A stretch of DNA of 64,000 nucleotides from an uncultured Desulfobacteraceae bacterium. Lineage in GTDB: Bacteria; Desulfobacterota; Desulfobacteria; Desulfobacterales; UBA5616. Position 1 is the stretch's first letter, and every line of letters begins with the position of its first letter. The stretch spans positions 8,110-72,109 of the forward strand of contig CAYLRU010000008.1 in NCBI GenBank assembly GCA_964386565.1. Reading direction: 5' to 3'. Made by a program: the position numbers and the translations under genes. This document shows, piece by piece, positions 10,488 to 19,317 of the stretch. The notes under the pieces were generated by a model. The model had not been told where the DNA came from, did no database searches, and saw only the letters and a list, made by a program, of their open reading frames with translations.

Positions 10488-10695
10488 CTGCAGTATCCTC
10501 GAAATTAATCGTTTCACTTCATAAAGTGTTTCCCGTTGTTAGTCAAGATACTTGGCTTTCATCCGGCTTACCATCAAAATTAAATGTCGTTAACGCAGCG
10601 CTGTTTTCCCACGACTTCCGTCAAAGAGCCGGTTAGAAACGCAAAAACAGTCCTTCCTGGTGGAGAAGGATAGCGTTAATGACATTGAATTTCAA

Positions 10696-10854
10696 TTGAC
10701 AACACTTAAGATATTGTTTATAAATAAAAACAACTTCAGGCTGAAGCCTGAACCGAATATTCATTGCTGTCATGAAACCCACGCTGCCACGAAGGTAACC
10801 ATATCATGAAGATATGCGGATTTCGTGGTTTTTTTTTTGGAAACGGAGGATCAA
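10696..10854 (+). promoter_or_regulatory. promoter plus ~125-nt structured leader of the Ni/Co ECF transporter operon (candidate attenuator/riboswitch)
   Basis: TTGACA 10696-10701, 17-nt spacer, TATAAA 10719-10724. Hairpin TTCAGGC(10735-41)-tgaa-GCCTGAA(10746-52). Terminator at 10786-10838, then GGAGGA and ATG 10855. Confidence 0.55.
10786..10838 (+). terminator. intrinsic terminator inside the 5' leader, 6 nt upstream of the SD
   Basis: Outer stem CCACGAA(10787-93)/TTCGTGG(10822-28), inner stem CATATC/GATATG, followed by T10 (10829-10838). No plus-strand gene lies upstream for it to terminate. Confidence 0.65.
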
Positions 10855-11634
10855 ATGAAAAAAGGTTTATGTTTCAGTCTATCTTTGGTAGTTTTATCTT
10901 TATTATGCGTCTGTCCGGTCATGGCACACTACGGCATGATCATTGTCTCCGACACCATGGTGATGCAGGAGGACAATCGGACGGTCCACGTGGATCTCTC
11001 GTTTTCCCACCCGTTTGAACTCATCGGTATGGAACTGGAAAAGCCCAAAGTCTTTGGTGTGATGGCCAACGGTAAAAAACAGGATCTGCTGGAAACCCTG
11101 AAGCAAACCAAGGTAATGGATCATACGGCATGGACCGCAAATTATAAAATCAGACGACCGGGCATCTATATGTTTTACATGGAGCCGACCCCCTACTGGG
11201 AGCCGTCCGAGGATTGTTTTATTGTTCATTACACGAAAACCGTTGTGGCCGCCTTCGGGAACGACGAAGGGTGGGATGAACCAGTGGGATTGAAAACGGA
11301 AATCGTACCTGTTTCCAAACCCTTTGGGCTTTATGCGGGAAACGTATTCCAGGGTATGGTTCTGCTGGATGGAAACCCGGTACCCAACGCCGAGGTTGAG
11401 ATTGAATTTTACAACCAGCAGAAAAAATTCCAGGCACCCACGGACTATATGATCACCCAAACCATAAAGGCCGATCCCAACGGCATCTTCACCTATGCCC
11501 CCCCACAAGCAGGCTGGTGGGGATTTGCCGCGTTGAACACTGCTGATGAAAAAATACAACGAGACGGAAAAGACAAGGATGTGGAACTGGGCGCTGTTAT
11601 CTGGGTGAAATTTCACGAATTCAAAATGAAATAG
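10855..11634 (+). CDS. DUF4198-type periplasmic Ni/Co transporter component (NikK-like)
   Basis: ATG after GGAGGA; signal peptide MKKGLCFSLSLVVLSLLCVCPVMA-HYGMI. Size and position directly upstream of cbiM match the NikK/CbiK-type accessory component. Confidence 0.75.
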   Translation: MKKGLCFSLSLVVLSLLCVCPVMAHYGMIIVSDTMVMQEDNRTVHVDLSFSHPFELIGMELEKPKVFGVMANGKKQDLLETLKQTKVMDHTAWTANYKIRRPGIYMFYMEPTPYWEPSEDCFIVHYTKTVVAAFGNDEGWDEPVGLKTEIVPVSKPFGLYAGNVFQGMVLLDGNPVPNAEVEIEFYNQQKKFQAPTDYMITQTIKADPNGIFTYAPPQAGWWGFAALNTADEKIQRDGKDKDVELGAVIWVKFHEFKMK

Positions 11635-11645
11635 GAGACATCTCC

Positions 11646-12251
11646 ATGCATATTTCAGAAGGCGTATTGTCCGGTCCGGTCCTGATCTCCGGTTATGCAC
11701 TGGCAGCTGCCGGAACCGCCGTCGGACTGAAAAAACTGGATTACGAAAAAATCGCCCAGGTCGGTATTCTGGGGGCCTCGTTCTTTGTCGCGTCCCTGAT
11801 TCATGTTCCCATCGGCCCTGCAAACGTCCACCTGATTCTAAACGGTATTGTCGGGATGCTGCTGGGATGGGGGGCCTTCCCCGCCATCCTTGTAGCGTTG
11901 ACCCTTCAGGCTGTTTTGTTTCAATTCGGCGGCATCACCTCCCTTGGCGTCAATACGCTGACCATGGCAGCACCGGCAGTGGTCTGTTTTTACATGTTCG
12001 GATGGATCATCCGGAAAAAACCCGGTCTGGCCGGTATGGCCGCTTTTTTATGCGGGTTTACCGCCGTTTTTATGTCTGCAGTCATCGCCGGTGCCGCCCT
12101 GATGTTCACCGAAGAAAATTTCCTGAAGGTCGCAGCCCTCATTGTGGCGGCCCATCTTCCGGTCATGGTGGTGGAAGGATTGATCACGGCCTTTTGTGTT
12201 GAATTTTTAAGAAAAGTTCGTCCTGAGATACTGGCCATGCATTATTTATAA
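11646..12251 (+). CDS. cbiM: ECF transporter substrate-capture component CbiM/NikM
   Basis: Starts with the family hallmark MHISEGVL (Met1-His2 metal ligand). About 6 TM segments, 201 aa. Confidence 0.9.
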   Translation: MHISEGVLSGPVLISGYALAAAGTAVGLKKLDYEKIAQVGILGASFFVASLIHVPIGPANVHLILNGIVGMLLGWGAFPAILVALTLQAVLFQFGGITSLGVNTLTMAAPAVVCFYMFGWIIRKKPGLAGMAAFLCGFTAVFMSAVIAGAALMFTEENFLKVAALIVAAHLPVMVVEGLITAFCVEFLRKVRPEILAMHYL

Positions 12252-12299
12252 CTTTACCCGGCTTGGGCGTTTTTTGCAAAGAAATATGCCGGAATCCGT

Positions 12300-12983
12300 A
12301 TGTATGCGAAGAAAATCACCCAATCCGACTATACAATCATTGGAGAAAAAACCGTGGAAAACCGACTGTTCGGCAAAATATGCTTGTTATTTTTTGTGAC
12401 GGCATCCTTTTTCTCAATCACCTGCATCACTCCTGCCATGGCCCACAAGGTAACCGTGTTTGCCTGGGTGGAGGGCGACCAGGTGTTTACCGAAAGCAAA
12501 TTAAGCGGTGGAAAACGCGTTGCAGCGGGTGACATCACCGTTTACGATGCCTCCAACAACGTCCTTTTAAAAGGAAAAACCAATGACCAGGGAGAATTTT
12601 CATTTAAACTTCCACAAAAACCGCCCCTGATTATCGAGCTTAACGCCGGTATGGGACACCAGGCCAAATGGACCATTCAGCCGGATGACGTGGATGATGA
12701 TACCTTTCCAGCAGGCAATGATCCGGAAAAGGACATCATTGCCTCCGAACCGGTAAAAACAGCCCCGTCCGTGGACAGATCCGCGGAATTAAATACCGCG
12801 GATCTCGAAGCCGTGGTAGAAAGGGTCCTGGATAAAAAACTCAAACCCGTCATTCGATTGTTGGTGGATACCCGACAAAACGAACCGTCATTATCCGAAA
12901 TCATCGGCGGAATCGGCTATATCATGGGTATCGTGGGCATCATCGCCTATTTCCAAAGCCGGTCGCCGAAGCGGGACAAATAG
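12300..12983 (+). CDS. NikL-like nickel transport accessory protein (signal/TM - beta-sandwich - C-terminal TM)
   Basis: N-terminal hydrophobic segment ICLLFFVTASFFSITCITPAMA-HKV, a transthyretin/CarboxypepD_reg-like block (ITVYDASNNVLLKGKTNDQGEFSF) and a C-terminal TM (IIGGIGYIMGIVGIIAYF). Alternative start GTG 12354 after GGAG. Confidence 0.65.
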   Translation: MYAKKITQSDYTIIGEKTVENRLFGKICLLFFVTASFFSITCITPAMAHKVTVFAWVEGDQVFTESKLSGGKRVAAGDITVYDASNNVLLKGKTNDQGEFSFKLPQKPPLIIELNAGMGHQAKWTIQPDDVDDDTFPAGNDPEKDIIASEPVKTAPSVDRSAELNTADLEAVVERVLDKKLKPVIRLLVDTRQNEPSLSEIIGGIGYIMGIVGIIAYFQSRSPKRDK

Positions 12984-13014
12984 GGAACCGGCCCGAGAAA
13001 ACCGTTCATTAAAC

Positions 13015-13773
13015 ATGATCGAAGAATATTTTACTGAAGCAGGTACCCAGATCCACCGGCTGGATCCGCGGCTTCGAATCGTTTTTGCCACGGCCTACGC
13101 GTTTTCCGTGGCCCCTCTCCATCGATTCGAACCCATGTATGCAGCGGCGGTGTTGTCCCTGTTGATGGTCATCCTGTCCGGAGTGGGTATCGGGACTCTG
13201 GTGAAGCGCATGCTGGCCTTTAACGGTCTTGTTCTTCTGTTCTGGCTGGTGCTGCCCTTCACCTTTTCCGGTGAAGCCCTTTACAGTATCGGCCCGTTTA
13301 CCATCACCCGGCCCGGTGTTATCATGTCTGCAAAGATCACGCTGAAGGCCAACGCCATCATGCCGGCTTTCATTGTCATGATTTCAACGATCCCCGTTTC
13401 AGTCATGGGCCATGCCCTGGAAAAGCTTCATGTGCCGAAAAAAATCGTTCATATTCTTCTGTTGACTTACCGTTACATATTCGTGATAGAACAGGAATAT
13501 CAGCGGCTGAAGCGTGCCATAAAAACAAGGGGGTTTGTTCCCGGGACCAATATGCACACATACAAAACCTATGCATACCTCATCGGCATGATATTTGTCC
13601 GATCCCTGGACCGGGCCCAACGGGTGCATCAGGCCATGATCTGCCGCGGATTTTGCGGAAAATTTTTCTCCCTGAACCGATTTTCCTTGAAAAAAGCAGA
13701 CTATGCTTTTCTGCCGATCATGGCAGCCGCGATTATCGGACTGGAGGTGATGGAATGGATTCCGATCCGGTGA
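13015..13773 (+). CDS. cbiQ: ECF transporter transmembrane (T) component CbiQ
   Basis: 252-aa polytopic protein with the CbiQ/EcfT signature region (YRYIFVIEQEYQRLKRAIKTRGF). Sits between cbiM and cbiO. Confidence 0.88.
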   Translation: MIEEYFTEAGTQIHRLDPRLRIVFATAYAFSVAPLHRFEPMYAAAVLSLLMVILSGVGIGTLVKRMLAFNGLVLLFWLVLPFTFSGEALYSIGPFTITRPGVIMSAKITLKANAIMPAFIVMISTIPVSVMGHALEKLHVPKKIVHILLLTYRYIFVIEQEYQRLKRAIKTRGFVPGTNMHTYKTYAYLIGMIFVRSLDRAQRVHQAMICRGFCGKFFSLNRFSLKKADYAFLPIMAAAIIGLEVMEWIPIR

Positions 13774-14486
13774 TCATCCAACTGGAAAAGGTTAATTTCT
13801 CGTATCCCAACGGCCGGGTTGTACTTAAAGATACCGATTTTTCCCTCCGGACAGGCCAGAAAATCGGATTGATCGGCCACAACGGAAGCGGTAAATCCAC
13901 CTTCTTGCACATCCTGGTCGGGTTATTGAAAATATCCGGCGGTTCCATTCGCTTCTTCAGAGAACCGGTGGTATCTGAAAAAGATTTTCAAAAGGTCAGG
14001 CAGCACATCGGCCTGGTATTTCAGAATTCCGACGACCAGCTTTTCAGCCCAACGGTATTGGAAGACATTGCCTTTGGGTTGTTGAATCAGGGCAAAACAC
14101 CTGAAGAAGCCCGGGAAATATCCAGGAAACTGCTGACCGACCTCGACCTGAAAGATTTTGAAAACCGGGTCACCTACCGGCTGTCCGGCGGCGAAAAGCG
14201 GCTGGTAGCCCTGGCAACGGTTCTCGTCATGGAACCCCGGGTGCTGTTGCTGGATGAACCGTTTACCGGGCTGGACGAATACACCCGGGATCACATCATT
14301 GAAATCCTGAATCATCTGGATATCAGCTATATCATCGTGACCCATGAATACGACTCCCTGGTCCAGACCACCAGTGACATCTGCAGCATGGAGAATGGCA
14401 AAATCATTTATAACGGCGATTCATCCATGCTCCACAGCCATTTTCACCGGCACCCCGGGGGAACCGTCCACCATCATCACCGATAG
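13755..14486 (+). CDS. cbiO: ECF transporter ATPase CbiO with His-rich C-terminal tail
   Basis: ATG 13755 after GGAGGTGATGGA, overlapping the cbiQ end by 19 nt. Walker A GHNGSGKST, signature LSGGEKR, Walker B LLLDEP. Tail: HSHFHRHPGGTVHHHHR. Confidence 0.9.
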   Translation: MDSDPVIIQLEKVNFSYPNGRVVLKDTDFSLRTGQKIGLIGHNGSGKSTFLHILVGLLKISGGSIRFFREPVVSEKDFQKVRQHIGLVFQNSDDQLFSPTVLEDIAFGLLNQGKTPEEAREISRKLLTDLDLKDFENRVTYRLSGGEKRLVALATVLVMEPRVLLLDEPFTGLDEYTRDHIIEILNHLDISYIIVTHEYDSLVQTTSDICSMENGKIIYNGDSSMLHSHFHRHPGGTVHHHHR

Positions 14487-14494
14487 CGACACCG

Positions 14495-15421
14495 ATGACA
14501 GACGATATTCTTATTCAGCATCATTTCCTGTTTCAAAAAGGATTCTTTGAAAGGCACCCTTCCCTTTTTGATATCTATTTCCGCAATACCCCGAGAAAGC
14601 TGTACGACAAATTGGAAAAGACAAAAGCCGCCCTTACCGCCTATGAAGGAACCATTCAATGGCCGGCGATCAGGGGGCCGGGATTTTGCGGGGCCACCCA
14701 TCCCGGGGCCGGAAAAAGTTTTAACGGCTACATGACGGGCTGCTCCCCGTCTTTTTACAACAGCGACTGTCTTTATGTCCATCCGGGTCTGAACATTTTT
14801 GCCGTATCCGACCCCCCCGGGATCACCACAATCTCCCGAAAGCTTTTTGAAAAACTGGATGACCGGTTAAGAAAAACAACCACGGATAGACTTGATACTG
14901 TCATCAATGACCTGGCCGCCGGCATCCAGGAAAACGGGCCCACCCTGGCATTGATTCAATTTCAACAATACGGCATCTCCCGGACGCCAAACCGGGCATT
15001 TGTTTATATCGCCGGTGACACCGAAGTATACCGGGGAAACTTTAAAGGGGAAAAAATCAAACGGATTAACGGCAGCCCGCATTTCTGGGGAACTGCATGC
15101 CATGATTTAAAGCCCCGCGTGTTTGAATTGAACAGCAACGATTTTTTTCTTATCGTCAGTGACGGCATCAGCAGTCTGAGACAGACCGTTCCCGAGCATG
15201 GAATCGAAAAAATCCTTTGGGAACATATCATTCGTGATCCTGAAAAATTTGCCGAAAACGTCACCATGACCTGCAACCGGGTTTTTACCCAAAACAATAA
15301 CGGCAGATCCCGAACCCTGCTCGGCGGAACGGATGACATCACCGCCCTGCTAGTCGTCCCATCGGCGCTTGCCCAAATCCCTGTTGATAAAGGATACATA
15401 CTGGGAGGACACATCGGCTAA
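14495..15421 (+). CDS. PP2C/SpoIIE-family phosphatase-like protein
   Basis: Starts 8 nt after cbiO. Degenerate PP2C motifs FAVSDPPG, FFLIVSDGISS and GGTDDITALLV. Confidence 0.55.
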   Translation: MTDDILIQHHFLFQKGFFERHPSLFDIYFRNTPRKLYDKLEKTKAALTAYEGTIQWPAIRGPGFCGATHPGAGKSFNGYMTGCSPSFYNSDCLYVHPGLNIFAVSDPPGITTISRKLFEKLDDRLRKTTTDRLDTVINDLAAGIQENGPTLALIQFQQYGISRTPNRAFVYIAGDTEVYRGNFKGEKIKRINGSPHFWGTACHDLKPRVFELNSNDFFLIVSDGISSLRQTVPEHGIEKILWEHIIRDPEKFAENVTMTCNRVFTQNNNGRSRTLLGGTDDITALLVVPSALAQIPVDKGYILGGHIG

Positions 15422-15645
15422 AGAACCCCGGCCGGACATATGTTTAAGGCAAACCATAAATTTCTATAATTGAAATGTATCAAATTATAGGGGATTTTAT
15501 CACCTTTTTAATGCATTTTTCAGAATCGGCTATGATAATTTCTATTTGACCGTCCGTCGCGTCAGACTGCAAAAAGAGCGGGTTGATGCAAAAGGATGTC
15601 TTGTATAACCGAATCCGTCAAATACGCAAAAAACGGAAGTAACAT

Positions 15646-16518
15646 TCATTGTCCCGGGTTCCAGACGTCCCTGAGGCTGTCCCCCAAAAGATTAAAGGCC
15701 AATACGGAAAGCATGATGGCAATTCCCGGATATACTGAAAGATGGGGTGCGCTTAAAATATAGTCTTTCCCTTCCATGAGCAACGTACCCCATTCCGGAT
15801 AGGGTGGCTGGACACCGAATCCCAAAAACCCAAGGGCCGATACGGCAATAATTGCCTTTGCCAGTCCGATGGTGGCAAGAACGATGACCGATCCGATGTT
15901 TGCCGGCAAGATATGGCGAAAAACAATAACAATTCTTGATACCCCTGAAAACTGCGCGACTTTTACATAATCCCGTTCCTTAACAGAAAGGGTAATCCCT
16001 CTGACAAGTCTGGCGTAACGCATCCAGCCGGTAATGGAAAGGGCAAAAATCAGATTAAATGTGCCCGGTCCCATTAGCCCTGCCAGTGTCATGGCAGCAA
16101 CTATCTCAGGAAGGGAAAGAAAAATATCGGCAATTCTCATGAGCAATTCATCCATGAGACCGCCCTGGTAGCCGGCAACCAACCCAACCATTACTCCCAA
16201 AAGGCAGGAAACCATCACCACAGAAACTCCCAGCCCTATGGACATGCGCGCACCAGACAAAATACGTGAAAAAAGACACCGGCCCAAGGCATCATTGCCC
16301 AGAGGATATTGCAGGCAAGGAGAAGCTAATCTTAAAGACAAATCTGTCTTCAGGGGATCATGGGGGGATAGCGCAGGCCCCAAGGCAGCTATAAAAAACA
16401 CCACGACTGCGATTACGGCCGCGCCTGAAATCAGGGGGTTTTTAATTACGGAGCGGTAAAATCTGCCCTGGATTTTTTCATATCCGGCATGCTCCCGCGA
16501 AAAATCATGAGCACTCAT
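15646..16518 (-). CDS. Opp/Dpp/Nik-type ABC transporter permease (DppC/NikC-like)
   Basis: 290-aa polytopic protein with the BPD_transp_1 EAA-type region. Overlaps the upstream permease by 4 nt. Confidence 0.9.
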   Translation of the reverse strand: MSAHDFSREHAGYEKIQGRFYRSVIKNPLISGAAVIAVVVFFIAALGPALSPHDPLKTDLSLRLASPCLQYPLGNDALGRCLFSRILSGARMSIGLGVSVVMVSCLLGVMVGLVAGYQGGLMDELLMRIADIFLSLPEIVAAMTLAGLMGPGTFNLIFALSITGWMRYARLVRGITLSVKERDYVKVAQFSGVSRIVIVFRHILPANIGSVIVLATIGLAKAIIAVSALGFLGFGVQPPYPEWGTLLMEGKDYILSAPHLSVYPGIAIMLSVLAFNLLGDSLRDVWNPGQ

Positions 16519-17453
16519 AATGGTCGAATCCGTGGATCCAGATATTGGTAGACAATATCCACAAAAAAATTAATCAGGACAAAAATCATAGCGGTAAAAA
16601 ACACCAGACCTTGTATCAAAGGATAATCCCTGTTGCTGACCGCATTGACCATCAGTTCCCCCAGCCCCGGCCATGCGAAAATGGTTTCCGTTATCACTGC
16701 TCCCTCAAGAATCATTCCCAATTCCAGCCCCACCACGGTAACTACAGGTATCATTGCATTTTTCAATATGTGACCTCCGAGCACGAGGCGGCTACTGACG
16801 CCTCTGGCGCGAAGGGCCAACAGGTATTCAGACTGCAAGGTTTCTGCGACGGCGGAACGCAAAATTCGTGTCGTATAGGCCGTCAGTGCGGTTCCCAGTG
16901 TTATGGCGGGCAAAACCAGATGCTGCCAATCCCCACGGCCAAAGCTTGGAAGCCAATGAAGTTTCACACAAAAAACAACAATGAGCACCAGCCCAAGCCA
17001 GTAATTGGGCATGGAAATACCGGTTACGGCAACCGCAACTCCGATTGAATCAAGCCATGTGCCTTGCCTGACGCCTGAAAGAATACCGATTGGCACGGAT
17101 ATGATCAGTGCAAGGAAAATGGCGGTTATGGCAAGATCAAAGGTACGGCTGAATCGAATGCTGATGAGTTCCCAAACAGGTACTTCCTCCACCAGTGATA
17201 TGCCAAAGTCAAGACGGACGACATGCTTCAACCAATGGAAATATTGCTGATAAAAAGGCTTGTCCAATCCTTCTTCCTGAATGATCCATTCAATGGTGGC
17301 CTGATCTACTAAACCTGGTTCTCCATAGCGGGCAATGGCTATCTCCAGGGGGGCGTCACCCGGTGCAAGCAGCATCATGGCGTAGGTAAAAAAAGTTGCG
17401 CCAATGAGGACAAAAATTGCGGTAACTATGCGCTTTGATATGAATCGTACCAT
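16515..17453 (-). CDS. Opp/Dpp/Nik-type ABC transporter permease (DppB/NikB-like)
   Basis: 312 aa with the typical DppB N-terminus (IVTAIFVLIGATFFTYAMMLLAPGDP) and C-terminus (IVYQYLDPRIR). Confidence 0.9.
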   Translation of the reverse strand: MVRFISKRIVTAIFVLIGATFFTYAMMLLAPGDAPLEIAIARYGEPGLVDQATIEWIIQEEGLDKPFYQQYFHWLKHVVRLDFGISLVEEVPVWELISIRFSRTFDLAITAIFLALIISVPIGILSGVRQGTWLDSIGVAVAVTGISMPNYWLGLVLIVVFCVKLHWLPSFGRGDWQHLVLPAITLGTALTAYTTRILRSAVAETLQSEYLLALRARGVSSRLVLGGHILKNAMIPVVTVVGLELGMILEGAVITETIFAWPGLGELMVNAVSNRDYPLIQGLVFFTAMIFVLINFFVDIVYQYLDPRIRPL

Positions 17454-17477
17454 TCAAACATTTTTCTATAACTGACG

Positions 17478-19277
17478 TTAATCTAAATGACAAAAAATCT
17501 CATGTTCGCACGTGATATTTCTTTTTAACGGCGCGATTTTTTCGCATACCGAGAGCCGTCGGGGGCATCTTGAGTGAAATATACAGCCGGATGGCGGGTC
17601 ATAAGGAGACGGAATCTCCCCTTCAAGAACGATCCGTTTATCCTGCCATAGGCCGGGTTTTAGTGCATTTGACAAAAGGGCCTGTGAATATGGATGGCGA
17701 GCGGAGGAAAAAAAGATTTCCACCGGGGCCTTTTCAACGATTCTTCCCAGATACATTACAGCCACGGTTGTGCCGATGTCTTTGACAAGGCCGAGGTCGT
17801 GGGTAATGAGAAAACAGGTCAGGCCATGCCGCCTTTTCAGCCTGTAAAGCAGCTTCGCCATGTCTTTTTGGTTCACAGCATCCAGAGCGCTCAGGGGTTC
17901 GTCGAGAAATAAAAGATCGGGGCCGGTTGAAAGGGCACGGGCGATACATGCTCTTTGATTCTGACCCACCGATACTCTCCCGGGTGGTTGCTGAAGCAAA
18001 GAGTATGAAAGCCCCACTTCCGCTGCCAATCTTTTGACAATCTTTTCCCTCTCTTTCTTCTTAACACCCCTGGCATGTAACGGCTCCATAATAGACTGTC
18101 CCAAGGAAAGATAGGGGCTTAAAGAAGCAACCGGATCCTGGAAGACCACCTGGGACTTGGATTTCATCCTTTGATGGACCGGATCGCCGGGCCGCCTGAC
18201 GGGTTGACCATCGAAAATCATCTCACCTTCCTGATACGGACAGAATCCTAGCATGGCGTTTATCAGGGTTGTCTTTCCGGAACCGCTTTCACCTATCAGG
18301 CAAAAGATCTCTTCACGGCGGACATCCAGACTGATATTCCTTACGGCATAAAATGAACGATGGGAAAAGAGCGTTTCGGCCCTAAGCGTGAATTGAACGG
18401 AAAAGTTGCGGATGGAAATGGCGGAAGCTGTCTCCGGTTTTTCATACCTGTTCCCGACTTGTTCAGACATACCTGAAACAAGCCGCCGGGTATATGGATG
18501 TGACGGTCGGAAAACTATTTCACGCGCTGCCCCGTTTTCCACGATATGGCCCTTGTGCATCACCGCTACCCGGTCACATACCTCCAGGGCAACTGAGAGG
18601 TCGTGGGTGATAAAGATGATTCCGGTGCCATAACGTTTTTTTAAAAGGGCGATTAACTGGATGATCTGCACGGTAATCGTAGGATCAAGGGCCGATGTAA
18701 CTTCATCCAGTATCACGACTTCCGGCCTGGTGGAAAATGCCATTTGTAACTGGGCACGTTGCAGCATCCCCCGGCTCCATTGATGGGGATACTGCCGACA
18801 CCGTTCTTCCGGTGAAGCAATGCCAACCGTTTGGAGAAGGTCATTTATTTTTTGATTTTCCCTTTCCTGTTTTCTCCATCTACGCTTTTTTAAGCCGGAG
18901 CGAACCGACAGAACATCTTTGAATTGGTTACCCACTGTAAAGACCGGGTCCATCGCGCTTTTGGGATTTTGCAGCACCAGGGATATCTTACGTCCCCTGA
19001 AATACTGCATCTTTTGCTGACTTTGCGTGGTGAGCTCTTGACCACCCAGAACAATGGAACCGGAAACAATTTTTCCCGGGTATTCCAGCCGTACAAGGGT
19101 CCTGGCAAAAACGCTTTTCCCGCAACCGGATTCCCCCACAAGGCCGAGAATTTCACCCCGGTTAAGCGAGAGACATAGACCATCGAGAACCCTTGGACCG
19201 GTCGCCCTGCCTGGTAAATCGACAACCAGGTTTTTCACCTTAAGAATTGGATTCGCTGCTGTCGCGCGTTGATACAT
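17478..19277 (-). CDS. fused double ATPase of Opp/Dpp/Nik-type ABC transporter (DppD-DppF fusion)
   Basis: 599 aa with two nucleotide-binding domains: Walker A GESGCGKS and GESGSGKT, two signature/Walker B sets (ILDEVTSALD, LFLDEPLSALD). Confidence 0.9.
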   Translation of the reverse strand: MYQRATAANPILKVKNLVVDLPGRATGPRVLDGLCLSLNRGEILGLVGESGCGKSVFARTLVRLEYPGKIVSGSIVLGGQELTTQSQQKMQYFRGRKISLVLQNPKSAMDPVFTVGNQFKDVLSVRSGLKKRRWRKQERENQKINDLLQTVGIASPEERCRQYPHQWSRGMLQRAQLQMAFSTRPEVVILDEVTSALDPTITVQIIQLIALLKKRYGTGIIFITHDLSVALEVCDRVAVMHKGHIVENGAAREIVFRPSHPYTRRLVSGMSEQVGNRYEKPETASAISIRNFSVQFTLRAETLFSHRSFYAVRNISLDVRREEIFCLIGESGSGKTTLINAMLGFCPYQEGEMIFDGQPVRRPGDPVHQRMKSKSQVVFQDPVASLSPYLSLGQSIMEPLHARGVKKKEREKIVKRLAAEVGLSYSLLQQPPGRVSVGQNQRACIARALSTGPDLLFLDEPLSALDAVNQKDMAKLLYRLKRRHGLTCFLITHDLGLVKDIGTTVAVMYLGRIVEKAPVEIFFSSARHPYSQALLSNALKPGLWQDKRIVLEGEIPSPYDPPSGCIFHSRCPRRLSVCEKIAPLKRNITCEHEIFCHLD

Positions 19278-19317
19278 TTTTCAGCACCTGCCGTTTTTGC
19301 ACCGGGTGGTTGAGAAT

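Noticed and set aside
10771-10797. Leader-peptide attenuation hypothesis: uORF ATG-AAA-CCC-ACG-CTG-CCA-CGA-AGG-TAA in the nik leader, and a 38-codon uORF (24140 down to 24019) in the TBDR leader, both reading CCA-CGA-AGG in frame
   Set aside because: Neither uORF has an SD. The shared frame has a one-in-three chance of arising by coincidence. The peptides have no His/Cys-rich or regulatory-codon runs. I keep it only as an alternative to test.
10726-10854. Cobalamin riboswitch or NikR operator upstream of the Ni/Co transporter (and likewise at 24021-24193)
   Set aside because: These were expected from the literature, but I find no GGGAA...GGTG..AATCC core and no B12 box. I also find no convincing NikR-type palindrome around the promoter. 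The leaders (about 125 and 170 nt) are also short for a cobalamin aptamer plus expression platform. A CM scan is needed to be certain.
10903-11823. 306-aa minus-strand ORF antisense to the DUF4198 and cbiM genes
   Set aside because: It is antisense to two well-supported genes with SDs and family hallmarks. Its composition (R/P/G/F-rich) is typical of a shadow frame.
15464-15490. AT-rich imperfect inverted repeat CTATAATTGA-aatgta-TCAAATTATAG between the two convergent metal-uptake operons
   Set aside because: It is imperfect (one bulge), entirely A/T, and lacks a flanking U-tract on either strand. It is a weak candidate for a bidirectional terminator and not worth a feature call.
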